Shown: positions 34,868 to 59,880 of the stretch, in pieces | How the letters are laid out: every line of letters starts with the position of its first letter | Numbering within the stretch: position 1 is the first letter of the stretch | Origin: Podarcis cretensis | Taxonomy: Eukaryota | Direction: 5' to 3' | Assembly: GCA_951804945.1 (NCBI GenBank) | Contig: OX638149.1 | Coordinates: 52,762,001 to 52,826,000 of the forward strand | Length of the DNA stretch: 64,000 nucleotides | Position numbers and translations under genes: made by a program | The notes under the pieces: model-generated | What the model was told of the DNA's origin: nothing | Seen by the model: only the letters and a program-made list of their open reading frames with translations | The model's database searches: none

Positions 34868-37800
34868 CTTTCAATTCTCCTCACTTGGCCTTTCCTCATG
34901 GGCCTGGGGCCCCATTGCAACAGTTTTCTTCACCATCACATGCTTATAGTATAGGCAAGAGTCTTTTGTCCATTTAGTGCTCTGCTATCCTATATTGAGC
35001 TCCTTTCTCCCATTTTCAAAATCCTCCAATGCAATGTGGTCTTTTCCCAGCTGTACTGACCTTATGCTTCCCTCCAGTCCTCCTCATTCTACACTTTGAG
35101 GCTGTTCTTCTGAGCAGTTAAAGGTTTGCAATATCTATGATATCACAGCTGATTAGCCACAAAAGCAGGTAGGGGACCTTTACAGCACGCCTGCAAAGCT
35201 GAACCTCTCCTATACTTATTATTTCTTGGCCTGTAGAAAAATAAAATATAAAGTTTTATAATGGTAAAGAGTCTGGGCTTCAGTTTCCCTTCTTTACAGA
35301 ATTTAAAGCTCCCTGGACCTGCAAGGAGAGTTGGCAATGACCTGAACTTGGCAAAGTCTACTGCAGTCACTGACAGCTTGGTCCTATAAGGGCTGTAGAG
35401 TAAGTCAACTGGGCTTCAACTTCTGGTAATAGCTTCCTGTATGGATTGTGCCAAGTGGGTGGTAACTAAGTTTTACTCAGAAAGTAGACCTGTTGAAAAT
35501 GATGACTAATTAACTTGTCTAAGGCTCCCTAACTTCAGTGGATCTACTTCGAGTAAAAGAAAGTTGGATACCATGCAGAATACTTTCCTGTCCCTGGCAG
35601 ATTTGTGGGTTGTAGCCAAGAGTTCTCTGAAGGAATTGTTTCTCTAGTTGGTTCTCTCTCCTGTTCCTCATTTTCATGACTAGTAGAAATGAGGAAAGCA
35701 TTAATACTATGTGGACATAATAACCAAACAACTCTCACAGCAGCTTGAAAAGGGTTTTCCTCAAAACTTTAATGTTTTTTAAAAAGGAATACTTGTGCCC
35801 ATGCTGTACAGTGCTCAGTGTGGGACAGTTTCAGCGTTTACATCAGCCTGTCTAGAGGGATGGAAAACTAATCCCAGCACTTTGGAAGCTCTTGAATTCC
35901 AGGAAATCAAAGGAAAAATCAAAGAGTCCAGCAGCAGAAGACCCTAGACAGACTCCAGAACCAAAGAGAGAAACTACCAGAAAATCTATGACACCCAAAT
36001 CATTTACAGCTTGTGAGAAATCACCTTAAATTATATAAACAGCAAGGAAAGAGTTTTCCCGTTACATCTCCATCCTTGTGCTCCAGTGTTTGATAATTGT
36101 GGACCATGGCTGGGCTGAAGCTGCTCCCAGCACAGACATTCAGCTACAGCATTCATTAACAGACCCTACGTCAGTTGCAGATACAGCAAGATGCTCATGT
36201 GTTCCTTTTTTCAAGAAGTGGAATTAGTCCCTTCGAGCATCAGGTTCACCAAGCAGCTATCAGGACGGCAGCCTGCATGCAATGACTTGCCTACTTCCAT
36301 GGTTGCACAGACTTAATCTGTAATCAGCTGTGACACTTAACTGCATCTAGACTGAAGACAATCCGATTCCATTATGGACTCCTGCACAAGGCCCAATTGT
36401 GCAGTCCTTGGTCCTGATCATACAAACACAGTTTGAGCTAATATTTACTCAGGAAAGCAGCTGATCAAGGCCATATTCCAGCAGATATAGGAAGGGCAAG
36501 ACTTGCGTTCCTCCATAGGAGGGGGAAAGTATGTTTGGCAATGATGTGCAACATCAAGCTAAACAAGATTTACTGAGTAGTAGCCATGATAAGAGGTTCT
36601 ATTTAGCTCTGGTGAGATGAACTACACCCGCATTTTAGATGTGGGGGTGGGGGGCAAATAGGCAAGCAGGGTTTGGGCTTTTTCCAAAATGCCCTGCTTA
36701 CACATTTTCAAGGATCCTCGCCTGAACCCTGTTGGAAAGAAGTTCGTTTGGACTAAAGGGATCTTGGTTTCAGCCATGTACTCACAGCAAAGCATGTGCG
36801 CTATATAGCCCCTGGAACAAGGACCTGGTTTTCCTTACACTAGGCTTTTTTCTAGATAGTAACGTTATCCATGAAGTAAGCACAAGGCAGGTTGGAGAGC
36901 AGGTTCCTTACCAACACCGCGACAGCCACATTTCTTGGTGGTGGTCAATAGCACCGAAGGCAGAATGTGGGTGAAGCAACAGTTGTGACTCTTCTTCCTT
37001 GTGTAGTTGTGGAAACCCTGTGCTAAAATATTTTCTATTCCAGTGCAGGGCTTCTCTATCATAAAAAGGAAAGGAAAGACCACACCCATAGAGATAAGCA
37101 GGGTCACATGCAGCCCCTAGACCTCAGGTTCCCTACTTTAAACTCTTTCAGAATAGGTCCCACATCATCCTTTTCCCATCAGTAAAGCCCTGATCCATGA
37201 CCAACAGCAAGGCTATGCAGATTTGTAAAAGGCAGGGTACAGGCAACTCCTGTTTTGCATGGGTTCAAAGAACGTGCAACTGTGCACACATACACTGGTT
37301 TTGGACCTGCAAGATGGTGTGACAGGGCGGGGTGGGCTTATGCATGCTCCACCAACATGCACAGTACCTTGAAACACAACCCATGCACAAATTGGGTTGC
37401 CTGTATATGCATACAGTCCCTCTTGCCACATGTATAGGAATAGCTCACATAAGATTTTCTAGATGCTCACTTTATATGATTTAGTCATAATTGACTAATT
37501 GGTTTTGGCTTGGAGGGGACAAATGAAAGAGCTGGAAATAGGATGGGGCTACTACACTGATAGAGGGACACAACACATTAGTAGAAGTCTCAATTTCCAC
37601 AACCAGTCTACCTTTCTACCACAGGAAACAGGTGACTGTAGCTGTATTAAGGCATCAGGCTCATGGGGTGGGAAAGGCCCACCTTCAAAACAGCAACAGA
37701 GGAAGTTGCCTTGGAGTCAGGCCACTGGTCTGTCCTCATTACCGTCTACACCAACAGGAAGTGGCTTTCCAGGATGTCAGCTTAGGAGCACACCTTCCCT

Positions 37801-38111
37801 CCTCTTCATTCCCATGCTTCCCCCCTCAATTTGGAAACAGATGTACACAAATGTATGTAACTTGCCTGATTTAGATTGGGAGCATTGTTTTGATTGGCTC
37901 CATAGCCATGAATGATATGCCACCTGCCCCAACCCAACCGGCTGCAATTGTACCCACAACTTAGACAAAGTGTGTAGCACCCGGCTACCATCGGGAGGGT
38001 GGCTCTGCCGTAGGTCTGAACTGCTCCAGGACATGAGCGTGGTCCGCTGTCCCTCCTCTGCAGGGCATGAGTTGCCTTGCACGGACTGTCCTTTGGTGTG
38101 CGTCTTGCCGT

Positions 38112-49545
<11,434 letters not shown>

Positions 49546-50859
49546 GATGGTGGCAAAGGTCATGTGGGCAGGCCTAGCCGCACCGGAGCCAGCATCCTAC
49601 ACCCTGCAAGAGAAGAACAAAAGAGTGAACCAAAAATGTTAACCGACATAATTGATCCTCAAAATGGAAATGGAGGACTTTGCTAGACTTGGCTTTCCAG
49701 AACCAGCAACAGCAGCAGCAAGCAGCTGAAACATTTGCCCCCAACTTTGGGTTCTGATGTGAGTCCACAGCCTATGCATTTTGCACCAGCAAAGTCTCCT
49801 GATTTGAGGTCAACAGCCACATCCTCCTCTCCCATGAAGCCTCCCCAGTAGCGGGGCCCTCATTCATTCTCCAAAATGGCCAAGGGTGTCTTGAAACATG
49901 CTGGAACTGCAAAAGGTGTCACCAGGACGTCTAATAGCATTCATGGGCACTGACAGCAAGCTGACGATCACATCTGAGGAAGCCAAGGAGTCCTCTCTGA
50001 CTCCCACCAGCCAGGATTTGGAAAAGCAAAAAGGATTCTACTCTTTTAACTCCCTTGGCTTAGCAGTAGGAACTTGCCAAACAAAACTCCTTGAACTCTC
50101 AGCTGTGTGCTTCATTCCACCCTAATCAGCACCTGAGTCATCCAAGCTGAACCCAGTTCTAGAAACGCATGGCAAAGGGTAACATGAAGGTCCCTTGTTT
50201 TAACATATATTGCTGAAAATGATGCACACAGAGAAGACTTAACCCCCATAGAGGAGATGTGCCATGCACATCTTCAAGAAAAGCCCCTGATATCAAGAGG
50301 TCCTCCAAACTCACAGCCCTTGCCACTTAACCCAGCACTCCTTTGTTCAGCAAAGGCAATTCACTAATACTTTCTTCCCAAGAGAAACTTGCAGCCCAGA
50401 GTGTGAACAACAGCCAATGCAGGTCATTGGAAACAGTGTTTGGTTTGGAGATAAGGTAGATGTCCTTGCTCAGCCATGAAGCTCACTGAGTGGCCTCTCG
50501 TAAAACATTATCTCTCAAACTACCTCAATTCACAGAATTTTTGTGGGGACAAGAATTCCAAAGCACTTTATTATGCTGAAAAGAGCTACAGAAGTGATAA
50601 AATTAATACCTACATTTCTGTTTAACAGCTTGACCAGAGCAATCTTGCGCTACCAAACCCTGGTCTGATGAAAGACAGATTTGTCAGTGTGTGCATGGCT
50701 CAAACCCTGTTTTCAGAGTTAGGGCCCAGCTCTGCAGTGAGTTAAAATAAAATAAAATTTCTGCAAGAACGCATAGAACAACTTCCTCAGAGTTACAAAG
50801 AGAGAGCAGGGCAGGAAGATTAGGAGAGCTGGGACTTTCCAGATAAGAAGATATAAATT

Positions 50860-51083
50860 GATGTTCAAAGCAAAGACAGAAAACTGAGAAATGACTACTC
50901 TTATGCAAGAAAGGAGATTCCGACTAAACATAAGGAAGAACTTTCTGAGGGGAAGAGCTGTTCGACAATGGAACGGACTTCCTCAGAAGGTGGTGGACTC
51001 TCCTTCCTCTGAGGTTTCTATGTAGAGGAAGGATGGCTATCTGATCCTCAGGGTCGCCTCCAACTCTACAATCCTATGATTCT
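50860..51083 (+). mobile_element. CR1 LINE 3' end fragment
   Basis: ggagattccgactaaacataaggaagaactttctga...ctccaactctacaatcctatgattct (end of ORF2 and octamer tail). Confidence 0.7.
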
Positions 51084-52312
51084 GTGCAACGGGCTTCTCT
51101 CATGTCATCAGATTTTGGGCACCTCCTGGTGGTCAGGGGTCAGATGCATATTTTCCATTCACAAGCTCTCTGCAGTACAAAAGAGGCAAGATAGACACTC
51201 CAGCTTGTGGTGGTCATTTGCTTGGCAACAGGACTGACTGGGCAGGCACAAAGCTGTGCAACCTACATGGGTGACTCCGAACAATGAGCTTAACAGTGTA
51301 CCAGAGAATAGGCACTTCTCTTTCCCCTGGATACCTTCCAGGGTCCCAAATTTTACTCTGCAGCATCAAAATGAGAGCATGGAAGAACGGCAATGTGGAG
51401 ATGCTATCGGAACTGTGATGCAAACCAAGAGAAAGGAACTCAAAATCAAGAGTGCAAAGAAGCTACTCTGTGCCTTCCTGCCTGAATTAGTAGCAGAGAG
51501 AAAGGCAACAGTGGCAGTGCATAAATGGCTGGACCGCCACAAACCAACAAGCAAAATCCCCAGGTTGCTTATGCTTCAGGTGCGCCCTAGTGTGCAGTCC
51601 TGCAGTCTTCACTGTGCCCCAGATTGGTTGTACTTCAAATGGGTGCTGATGCATAACTGAGCTGCTGACATCTGAACCTCACGGCTGACACAGAACTTGG
51701 TGTTCTGGCGGCAGGAGCGATATCAGTGTTGAGTCAGAGCGCACTGCGCTGTTCCCAGTTTGAGAGCGCTCCTGCCACTTCCTGCCACCTTGGTGCTTCA
51801 GACAATGCGCATGCACACACACACACAGCCTTTGATGCTAGCAATGCAATTGCAAATGTTCCAGAATCAGCAGCTCCCTTCAGTGATGTAAGGCAAGCTG
51901 TGTGTATACCTCGGCTGTCCTATTTGGCAGTCTGCAGAGTCAGCTATATGGAAGCCACATTTAAGTTTATTTCCATTTACTACCACATTCAAGTTTTCTA
52001 AAACAAACACAACAGGTATTAAAATCCAACAGAATAAAGGGAATGTCAGACAAGATGGGGAAAGGCAAGAGGAAATGATTGAAGGAGGGGGGACACACAA
52101 AGCAAGCAGGGCCTTTTAGCTTCAAAGCTAAGTTTCATCTCTGCCATGTGATTTTATACTGCCTTCACTTATTTTTGTTGCTAATATGTATATGCTGTTA
52201 TTTTATGAATTTTAGCTGGGGTTTTTTAAATTCCTTGACCATGTAAGCCATACTGAAAAGCAGCAGGATGTAAATATCTAAATAAATAATATTTTAATGG
52301 AAGAGGAAAAAC

Positions 52313-52436
52313 AGGTAACCTGTGGCCCTCCAGATGATGTTCAATTCCCATCAGTCCCAGCTCGAATGGCCACTAGTAAGAGATGATGGGGAGTTGTAGT
52401 CCAGCAACAACTGGAGGAACAGGGTTAGCTACCCTT
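52313..52436. mobile_element. old palindromic MITE-like repeat
   Basis: aacctgtggccctccag...gggagttgtagtccagcaacaactggagg inverted arms. Confidence 0.6.
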
Positions 52437-52889
52437 GCATTAAGGAATGGGAGACAGACAGTTTTAACCCAAGAGGCACAGTTAATTCTCTCCTGCATAA
52501 GCCTCACTGAAATGAGCACCATATCAATGGAGAGTGTGAAAGAAAACATCCTGGCTGCTGGTTCCCCATCTTTACCCATGGAATTTGGGCCTTTGGCCCC
52601 CAGGCACCAACATGTCTTAGGGAAGCCCTGATCTGATATAGTCCCTGGCAAAGCTGTCTTGCAGATCTCACATTAAGTGGGCCCATCAGTAAAAACCATC
52701 AGACGATGAACAGCTGCTGCAGACTTGGGCTGCACCTTTTAACTGGCAGAGCATCGGAAAAATTTAGCTGGCCAACGGAGACCAATTTTAAATCTATGAA
52801 CATTTTAAACAAGTGGGACTGTGAGTTAAGAGAATAGTACTTTGGAGCAATGTTGGCGTGCCATTCATTTGGCTAATGTGTAACTAGCT

Positions 52890-52892
<3 letters not shown>

Positions 52893-52925
<33 letters not shown>
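52893..52925. repeat. (CA)n microsatellite
   Basis: Read directly from the sequence. Confidence 0.95.
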
Positions 52926-52927
<2 letters not shown>

Positions 52928-52999
52928 AACTTCACTATCTCATTAATGAACCTAGATTTGGCTTTGGGTAATACGCCTATTTATTTAATTTATATTTAA

Positions 53000-53152
53000 T
53001 TTCTTACATTTATACCTCACTTTTCTTCCATTATGGAACCCAAGGCAGCATACATGCAGTCTGGCAGGAGGGACGCATCCAGGCCCTGAGCAGAATCAGG
53101 CTTGTTTAGCTTCAGCAAGGTTGTGGGCTCATATGCCTTCAGACCATACCTT
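53000..53152 (-). mobile_element. degenerate 5S-rRNA-related SINE-like repeat (second copy at ~54885-54983)
   Basis: Minus-strand GAAGCTAAACA...TGGATG resembles the 5S internal control region (box A to box C); two related copies are present. Confidence 0.4.
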
Positions 53153-53302
53153 GGGTCAACAGACAGATGATCAATCAACTAATAATTCTTTTAATTTGGT
53201 AAACAACCCAACTGTGAGCATAGCCCCTGGATTTAAATGGGTAAATGCTGTGGAATTAGTAGTTTCCAGTCATCAGAAAATGGGTACATGTACAGAGCTG
53301 TC

Positions 53303-53567
53303 CGCCTGCCAACCTAGCAGTTCGAAAGCACCTCCGGGTGCAAGTAGATAAATAGGGACCGCTTACCAGCGGGAAGGTAAACGGCGTTTCCGTGTGCGGC
53401 TCTGGCTCGCCAGAGCAGCGATGTCACGCTGGCCACGTGACCCGAAAGTGTCTCTGGACAGCGCTGGCCCCTGGCCTCTTAAGTGAGATGGGCGCACAAC
53501 CCCAGAGTCTGTCAAGACTGGCCCGTACGGGCAGGGGTACCTTTACCTTTACCTTTACCTTTACCTT
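53303..53567 (+). mobile_element. 5'-truncated Sauria SINE
   Basis: Near-identical to the other copies; 12-bp TSD TACAGAGCTGTC at 53291-53302 and 53568-53579. Confidence 0.92.
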
Positions 53568-55647
53568 TACAGAGCTGTCAGAAATCTCCAAAAAGAACGG
53601 TAACATAGAAATTCCATTATCTAGACTTGGAGGCATCATTCCCCATGCCCATAAGTGGCTGAATCCAGTCTCTTTCTCCAGTGACTGGCAAGCATTAAAG
53701 GGAAGCAAGAGTTTCTCATGTGATTTTTTTCCAGCTTAGCATCCTGCTGTTCACAAAGCTAATCCTTAAGCCCTCCAGTCTCCAATGCGCCTGCTGCATT
53801 CCTCAGAGACCCATGAGGCAATTACCAACCAGACAGAGGCTCCATTTAGGTTGAAGGGTCACTGGCTAAACCAAGTGGAAAACGCATTCATGGCTGTTCC
53901 CTGATCTTCCTCATTTCCCTGCTCACCGGAGTGCAAAGGCATCAACATCTGTACCTTCCCATTAACACCGTTTGTCTAAAACAAACAAACAATAAACCCT
54001 AGCCCAGACATTCTCTCATGGGTTCCATGTCTTACTTGCATATATGTAAAATGCAAGAAGACCAGACAGCCTTTGCCATTTGCCTGTTACGGAAGAAAGT
54101 GAGACAGCACAGGCAAGAAGGCACAAACTAGTTATTTATTCATTTATTTTGCAAAGGAACAGGGAAAACACCTGCTATAATCAGTGCATTAAGGGGAGGA
54201 GAAGACATTGTTGCGTGTTTGCCTCCTTAAAACTTTTACACAACCAACTCCAAGCATCACAGATCTGATACCCAGCATTGCTTCAAAGGGTGGGTGGGGG
54301 AGCCCAGATTTTGTTGTAAAGAACATAAGCCTTGGGGTGATATGTGGAGAGAAGAAGAGAGGGTGCATGGGTGGAGTCTACCATATTCACAAACAACGAT
54401 TCCCACAACCTAACATGCTATTGTGGTGCATATTCTTTGAGGGCCCCTATTTGAACAGAACTGTAGGGTTCTATTATACAAGATGTGCAACTGAGTTTGT
54501 GGACCAGGTTATGATTTCCTAGCACTTCAGTCGTCCCACCCCCCCAGGGTAGAGCTATAAGCAACACCACCCAAGCCGCATAGCCCTCATTAGCAGCAGC
54601 CTCTAGGAACAAGGTGGCCATATCAAAGGCAGCTGCATTCATACTGTGATCTGGAAAAGCCTGTGCTTCCTTGAAAAGGGCTCCTCAGCAAGAAGATCAG
54701 GAAAGAAAGACAGGATTTCCCATCACAGACAATCTTTTGCTGTAACGTACATCTGTAGTGATGTGAAAGCCCTGAATATAGGAAGTTTACAAACCACCAT
54801 TCTAAGGTTGAGTTTGAAACTCAATCACTCCCATCTTGCCCTGCATTCTCCCTGTTTTGTCGCTCTTTTTAATTTTATTGTGTTTATATCCCACCTTTCT
54901 TCCGTCCAGGCACTGCCCAGAGCAAGACCTGTTTAGCTTCAGCCAAGTGGTGGTCTCATACAGTGCCTTGGGGCCATATCCTGTGACTTTCATGGCAAGG
55001 ACTTTGGAGACAGGAACCCCACTCCTAAGCTGTACTGTATAAGACTGTTACCTGTCCCCAGCTCTTGGGACGGGGCTGACTTCAGTTCCAAGGTTCTAAA
55101 AGAGGTGACTCTTGGTGGGAAATGGTGTCTCTCTTGTAAAAAAGGGTTTTGCCTTTTATAAAATAACAGTTGAGCTTCTGCCTGCAAGTGAGCTTTCCAG
55201 TGGTATTTGACTGTGTAAACACATCCACATACTATCAGTGATAACTATGCTAAAGCAAGGGGAGTTATGCTACAAGCTGAAGGAATGCAACGTGTCTGAA
55301 TAACTCCCAATTTTATTCAGGCTGCAAACTCCAAGGGATCAGGTTGAACTTTTGTAGCCTCATTAGTTTGCCCAGTAAGCTGTGGATTCCAAGGCAAATG
55401 AGAAGAGCTTCCCACATCTCTACTTCATGCTACAAAGCTTAATCTCTCACTACCGGGAGATGCATATTGTTAGTGTTTAGGTATCCAAAATGCCAGATTC
55501 CCAGGATGTGTATGGACATGTTGGCGAGGCCCCTCTGTCAGGTTCTAATCCCATAACTTTGTTCCAGGAGAAAGGCAATGCTCCATAGCTTGATCACTGC
55601 CCCACAACCTAACATCCTATATAAGAACAGTGAAAAGCATTCACATA

Positions 55648-55890
55648 CAGTGGTACCTCAGGTTACAGACGCTTCCGGTTACAGATGCTTCCGGTTACAG
55701 ACTCCGCTAACCCAGAAATAGTACCTCGGGTTAAGAACTTTGCTTCAGGATGAGAACAGAAATTGTGCTCTGGCGGCGCAGCGGCAGCAGGAGGCCCCCA
55801 TTAGCTAAAGTGGTGCTTCAGGTTAAGAACAGTTTCAGGTTAAGAACGGACCTCCGGAAGGAATTAAGTTCTTAACCCAAGGTACCACTG
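55648..55890. mobile_element. Tc1/mariner-superfamily (Tigger-like) MITE
   Basis: TIR CAGTGGTACCT.../...AGGTACCACTG, TA TSD, internal GGTTAAGAAC/GGTTACAGA repeats. Confidence 0.88.
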
Positions 55891-57430
55891 TATTGCCTTT
55901 CCACCCCCATACACGGGAATCTCCTGCAAAAGGGCTGCCTTACTCAAGAAGCCTATTAGTTTGCACATCAGATGAACATTACTGGTGCATGCATCCACTC
56001 ACTTTGCTGAACACAGTGCTGATTCATGTTCTTTTTATTTATAACACATGTCCACAAAAGGAAGGCAAACGGTCACGTAAACATTTAGGAAAAGGAGTTG
56101 CAAAAAGGCCATAAAGCCACTTGTGTGCTAATATTAATTATTCATATAGCTCCTGGGCAAGTGACAGAATAATGACTCCATGCCTGAGATTTGCATTAAC
56201 AACAGCTGGAGGTTGTGCAGGAACCTTTCTTTAGTCATAGGACTAAAAAAAAGAAAAAGGCCTGGATTACTAGCCAGTCATCCATTCAGAGCCCTTGTGC
56301 CTATTGATGCACAGAACTTTTGATGAGTCTTTAAAGTTGGGGGAGGGGAGAGAAGGTGTGTAAGGTCTGTAGGCAAAGGAACTGCTCTCCATACCCTTTG
56401 TAAGGATTGCTCAATGAAAGGGACATGCAGCGCTGCTGTTCAAACAAATAATGAAGCCCATCACACAGCAGGGGATTGATTCACTGTGACACAACTGCAA
56501 CCCCTTCCTATGGTGGACCCCTGCAGTGCCCAGATGCAGAGGCCCCCAAATCCTCACACATCCTAGAAACAAGACAAGCAACTTTGAGGAGCCTTTTAAG
56601 TGAGGCTGCCTGGATATAGGTCAGGTGCACTGAGCTGGGGTAGAAGCTCTAGAAAGCAGCAAGTGCCAGCATGACACCCAGTTTCATAATCCCTTCTCCT
56701 GCTGACATCATCATTGCTGGAGGGCACACCAACTGCTGAAACCCTGCTTTCTTGATCTTTCCAATAAAACCACTGTGCCAGCTAGATGCAATAGAAATAT
56801 CTGTGTCAGGAGAAGACTCACGGGCTGTGCACCCTTCACCCTGTCTATGCAGATTTCGGCCTAGAGGAAGGGGGATGAAAGAAAGTGATAGTTTGGGGGA
56901 AGGAACTAAGGTACAAGAAAAATTAGAGAAGAAATTACAGAAGATAGGTAATATATATATTCACTTGAGAGGCATGTAGAGGAAAGGAAAACAGAAGAAA
57001 AAGCTTTCATCAGCAAATGTGGAGGACATCACAATACTTCCAGAACCAATGTTTGTACTTAGCTTGAGAAAAGCGAAGTGATGGGACACCTCTGCCACAA
57101 GGAAAAAGCTCAAGCAAAGAACTTCCAAATATGGCTTAGCTCTCAGTAGAAAATGATGTCAGTAATTGCCAGTGGATTGTGCCAAACTCTGCCTCCACCT
57201 GGCACCGTGACTGGTTCTGCCCACCCTCCCTGCACCACCATTTTGTAGCTGGTGGGCCTCAGTAATTTTCAGCCGTCTCAAGTGGGCTTTAGAGTTGGAA
57301 AGTTTGAGGACCGACCTCTGTTCTAGGAGACGCTGCCTTACACCAAACGGCTACAGGATCATACAAAACTGGCTAATTATGAAGATGACTGGAGGATATT
57401 CCTAATTAGGAAATGCTATAGTAGATCAGT

Positions 57431-57795
57431 TGGGGACGCAGGTGGCGCTGTGGGTTAAAGCCTTAGTGCCTAGGGCTTGCCGATTGAAAGGTCGGCGGTT
57501 CGAATCCCTGCGGCGGGGTGCGCTCCCGCTGCTCGGTCCCAGCGCCTGCCAACCTAGCAGTTCGAAAGCACCTCTGGGTGCAAGTAGATAAATAGGGACC
57601 GCTTACCAGCGGGAAGGTAAACGGCGTTTCCGTGTGCGGCTCTGGCTCGCCAGAGCAGCGATGTCACGCTGGCCACGTGACCCGGAAGTGTCTCCGGACA
57701 GCGCTGGCCCCTGGCCTCTTAAGTGAGATGGGCGCACAACCCCAGAGTCTGTCAAGACTGGCCCGTACGGGCAGGGGTACCTTTACCTTTACCTT
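57431..57795 (+). mobile_element. full-length Sauria (Squam1-type) SINE
   Basis: Near-identical to the 21973 copy; perfect 14-bp TSD TATAGTAGATCAGT at 57417-57430 and 57796-57809. Confidence 0.93.
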
Positions 57796-59197
57796 TATAG
57801 TAGATCAGTAGCAGATCACACACTTTGCATGTAACCCCTTCCCTGTCCATTCAATCATTTGAACCACCAGCTCAGGGTGATGCCGTGCAGAGGCAGTGCT
57901 GATTAATGTGGGCACCCCTGAACAGAGGCACCAAAGGCCAGTCTTCCATGAACCACCCTTCGCTGTTATGCACACACGTCCCAATATCAAGTTTTATTGA
58001 TTAAAAGCACGTTACCTAGCTATTGAGTGGAAACAGCGCCTTAGATGTTACCAATAACAAGGCAACCCCTGCCGGTTCTAATCTAAAAGATGTTTGAGGT
58101 TGGGAAGAGACAAGCAACGTCTGGCAGCAGCGAAGTTACAAAGTTCTTCCGATCAGCTTGAATGAGAAAGGGAGGGAGAGGAGGAGCCAGACATTAAGAG
58201 GTTCCCAGGAGGTGTGCAGCCCTGCTGGTGGGTCCCTTTTTTGTTCAGTCCTGTTCGAAACCCGCCACACACACAAACACACTCACTCATTCACAGAAGG
58301 GGTTTAGGAAAAGAGCGAAGAAGACCTAACCTGCGCCGCCCACCTTCCGCCGCGGCTTGTGAGTGAGCGGGTCGCCCTTCAAGGGCCAGTAAACAGAGTT
58401 GCTGGGAAAGAGGAACCAGTGAGCTATCGGGGGAGCGAATGCCGCTGCTGGGGTGCTTTCATACTAGAGAGCTTAAGGAAGTTTCAAGGATCCTGGAAAC
58501 CAACTCAATAGAGAGCGCGCTTTCACTGGATGCTGGGGGGCGGGGAAGAGTGTGGCTGGGGGTAGAATTCTGCACACCTCCGTAACTGCGCAAGCACACC
58601 GCCCCCACCCCCACCCCCCCCACCGCGGTGCCGCGCGCTCTGCGCCCCGGGGGCAATGCCTTCCGCAACCCTGATTACGCGCGAGGTAACAAGCAAGGAC
58701 GCAGCGCGATCTCTCGCCCACGGGGAAGCTGGTGGGAGGCGCCACCGGTGTTGCTTCACAGGGACCTCCGAGCCTCTGCATCTGGCCCGACGATCCTCTC
58801 CCCTCCTCCACTTTCCTTCCCACCTGCTGCAGGCGCTCCCAGCAAGCCCAGGTGTCCTTACCTGGCTCTTGTCCTCCGGCCGCCGCCTCCCCCCGGCCCT
58901 GAGCTTTGCGTGCAGCCCACAGACAGCAGCGCCCTTTTCTACGCTTCCTCTGCCCTCTTTTCCTTGCTTGCACACGCCTCCCTTTGGGATCAGTCACTTT
59001 CCTCTCCCCTCTTTTGTTAATTCCCGGAGCCGGGGCCTCCCCTCCCCTCCCCGGAAGGCGAAGAAGAACAAAAGGAAAGCCCACAAAAGGGGGGGAGGGG
59101 GGAAAGGTTACATTAACTTTCTGCTCAGCCATCGCAAAGTCGCCCAGGGCAAAGGGGAAGCCGCCTGCTCCGCCTCTCCTCGCCCCCCCCCCCTTAC

Positions 59198-59295
59198 CTT
59201 GACTCAGCCGAGCTGCCCCTTCCTCCCCTCCGGTAAGTTGAGGCAAGAAAAAACTCGCATCGCCACCGGAGGGCTCGAGAAAAGCGCCGCCACTG
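59198..59295 (-). other. candidate non-coding LARGE2 5' UTR exon
   Basis: Acceptor tttactttatttttggcccttctag|cag and donor AAG|gtaagg inside the CpG island. Confidence 0.5.
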
Positions 59296-59819
59296 CTAGA
59301 AGGGCCAAAAATAAAGTAAACACAGAGGGTCACCGCTGCCCACGTGAGAAGCGGCGCGGCGTCCCGGGAGCTCCGAGAAAAGCGCCTCGGCTGGGAGGAG
59401 GAGGAGGAGGCGAGAGAAAGTGGCGGCAATTAACTCCGCAGGCGCCGGGGCTGACCCCAACTCAGGACGCCTGGCAGCAGCAGCAGCAGAGTCAAACCCG
59501 GATGTGGGAATCCTGCGGCTTGCGGGGGGAGGGGTGGGAAGCCCCCGGGACCTGAATCCGACAGTCAGCCGAGCCTGACCTGAAAACCCAACTCTCGGGT
59601 TAGTTCGTCCTATAAAGAATTAACACGGCGGGTCCCTGCCCTAGAATGACATGCTCGCTGCACTGTTTGAATGGCACCTGCTCATGCCCATCTAGTTTCC
59701 TCTTACTGTTTTTATAACACGCACTCGTGCATGTTTACACAGAGGTAAGTCCCGCTGCATTCAATGGGGCTTACTTCCCTGTATTCACTAGGAATAAATC
59801 TCACTGGGATCAAGCCTTT

Positions 59820-59880
59820 GTTGCTGTTGTTTAGTCGTGTCCGACTCTTCGTGACCCCATGGACCAGAGCACGCCAGGCA
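59820..59880 (-). mobile_element. BovB/RTE LINE extreme 3' end fragment
   Basis: gttgtttagtcgtgtccgactcttcgtgaccccatggaccag, the reverse complement of the BovB-type 3' terminus with a (CAA)n tail. Confidence 0.7.

Noticed and set aside
58459-59555. Long overlapping ORFs (318 aa minus, 299 aa plus)
   Set aside because: They lie in a GC-rich CpG island depleted of stop codons. The translations are low-complexity G/R/P/A-rich with no recognisable domain, and both strands are open.
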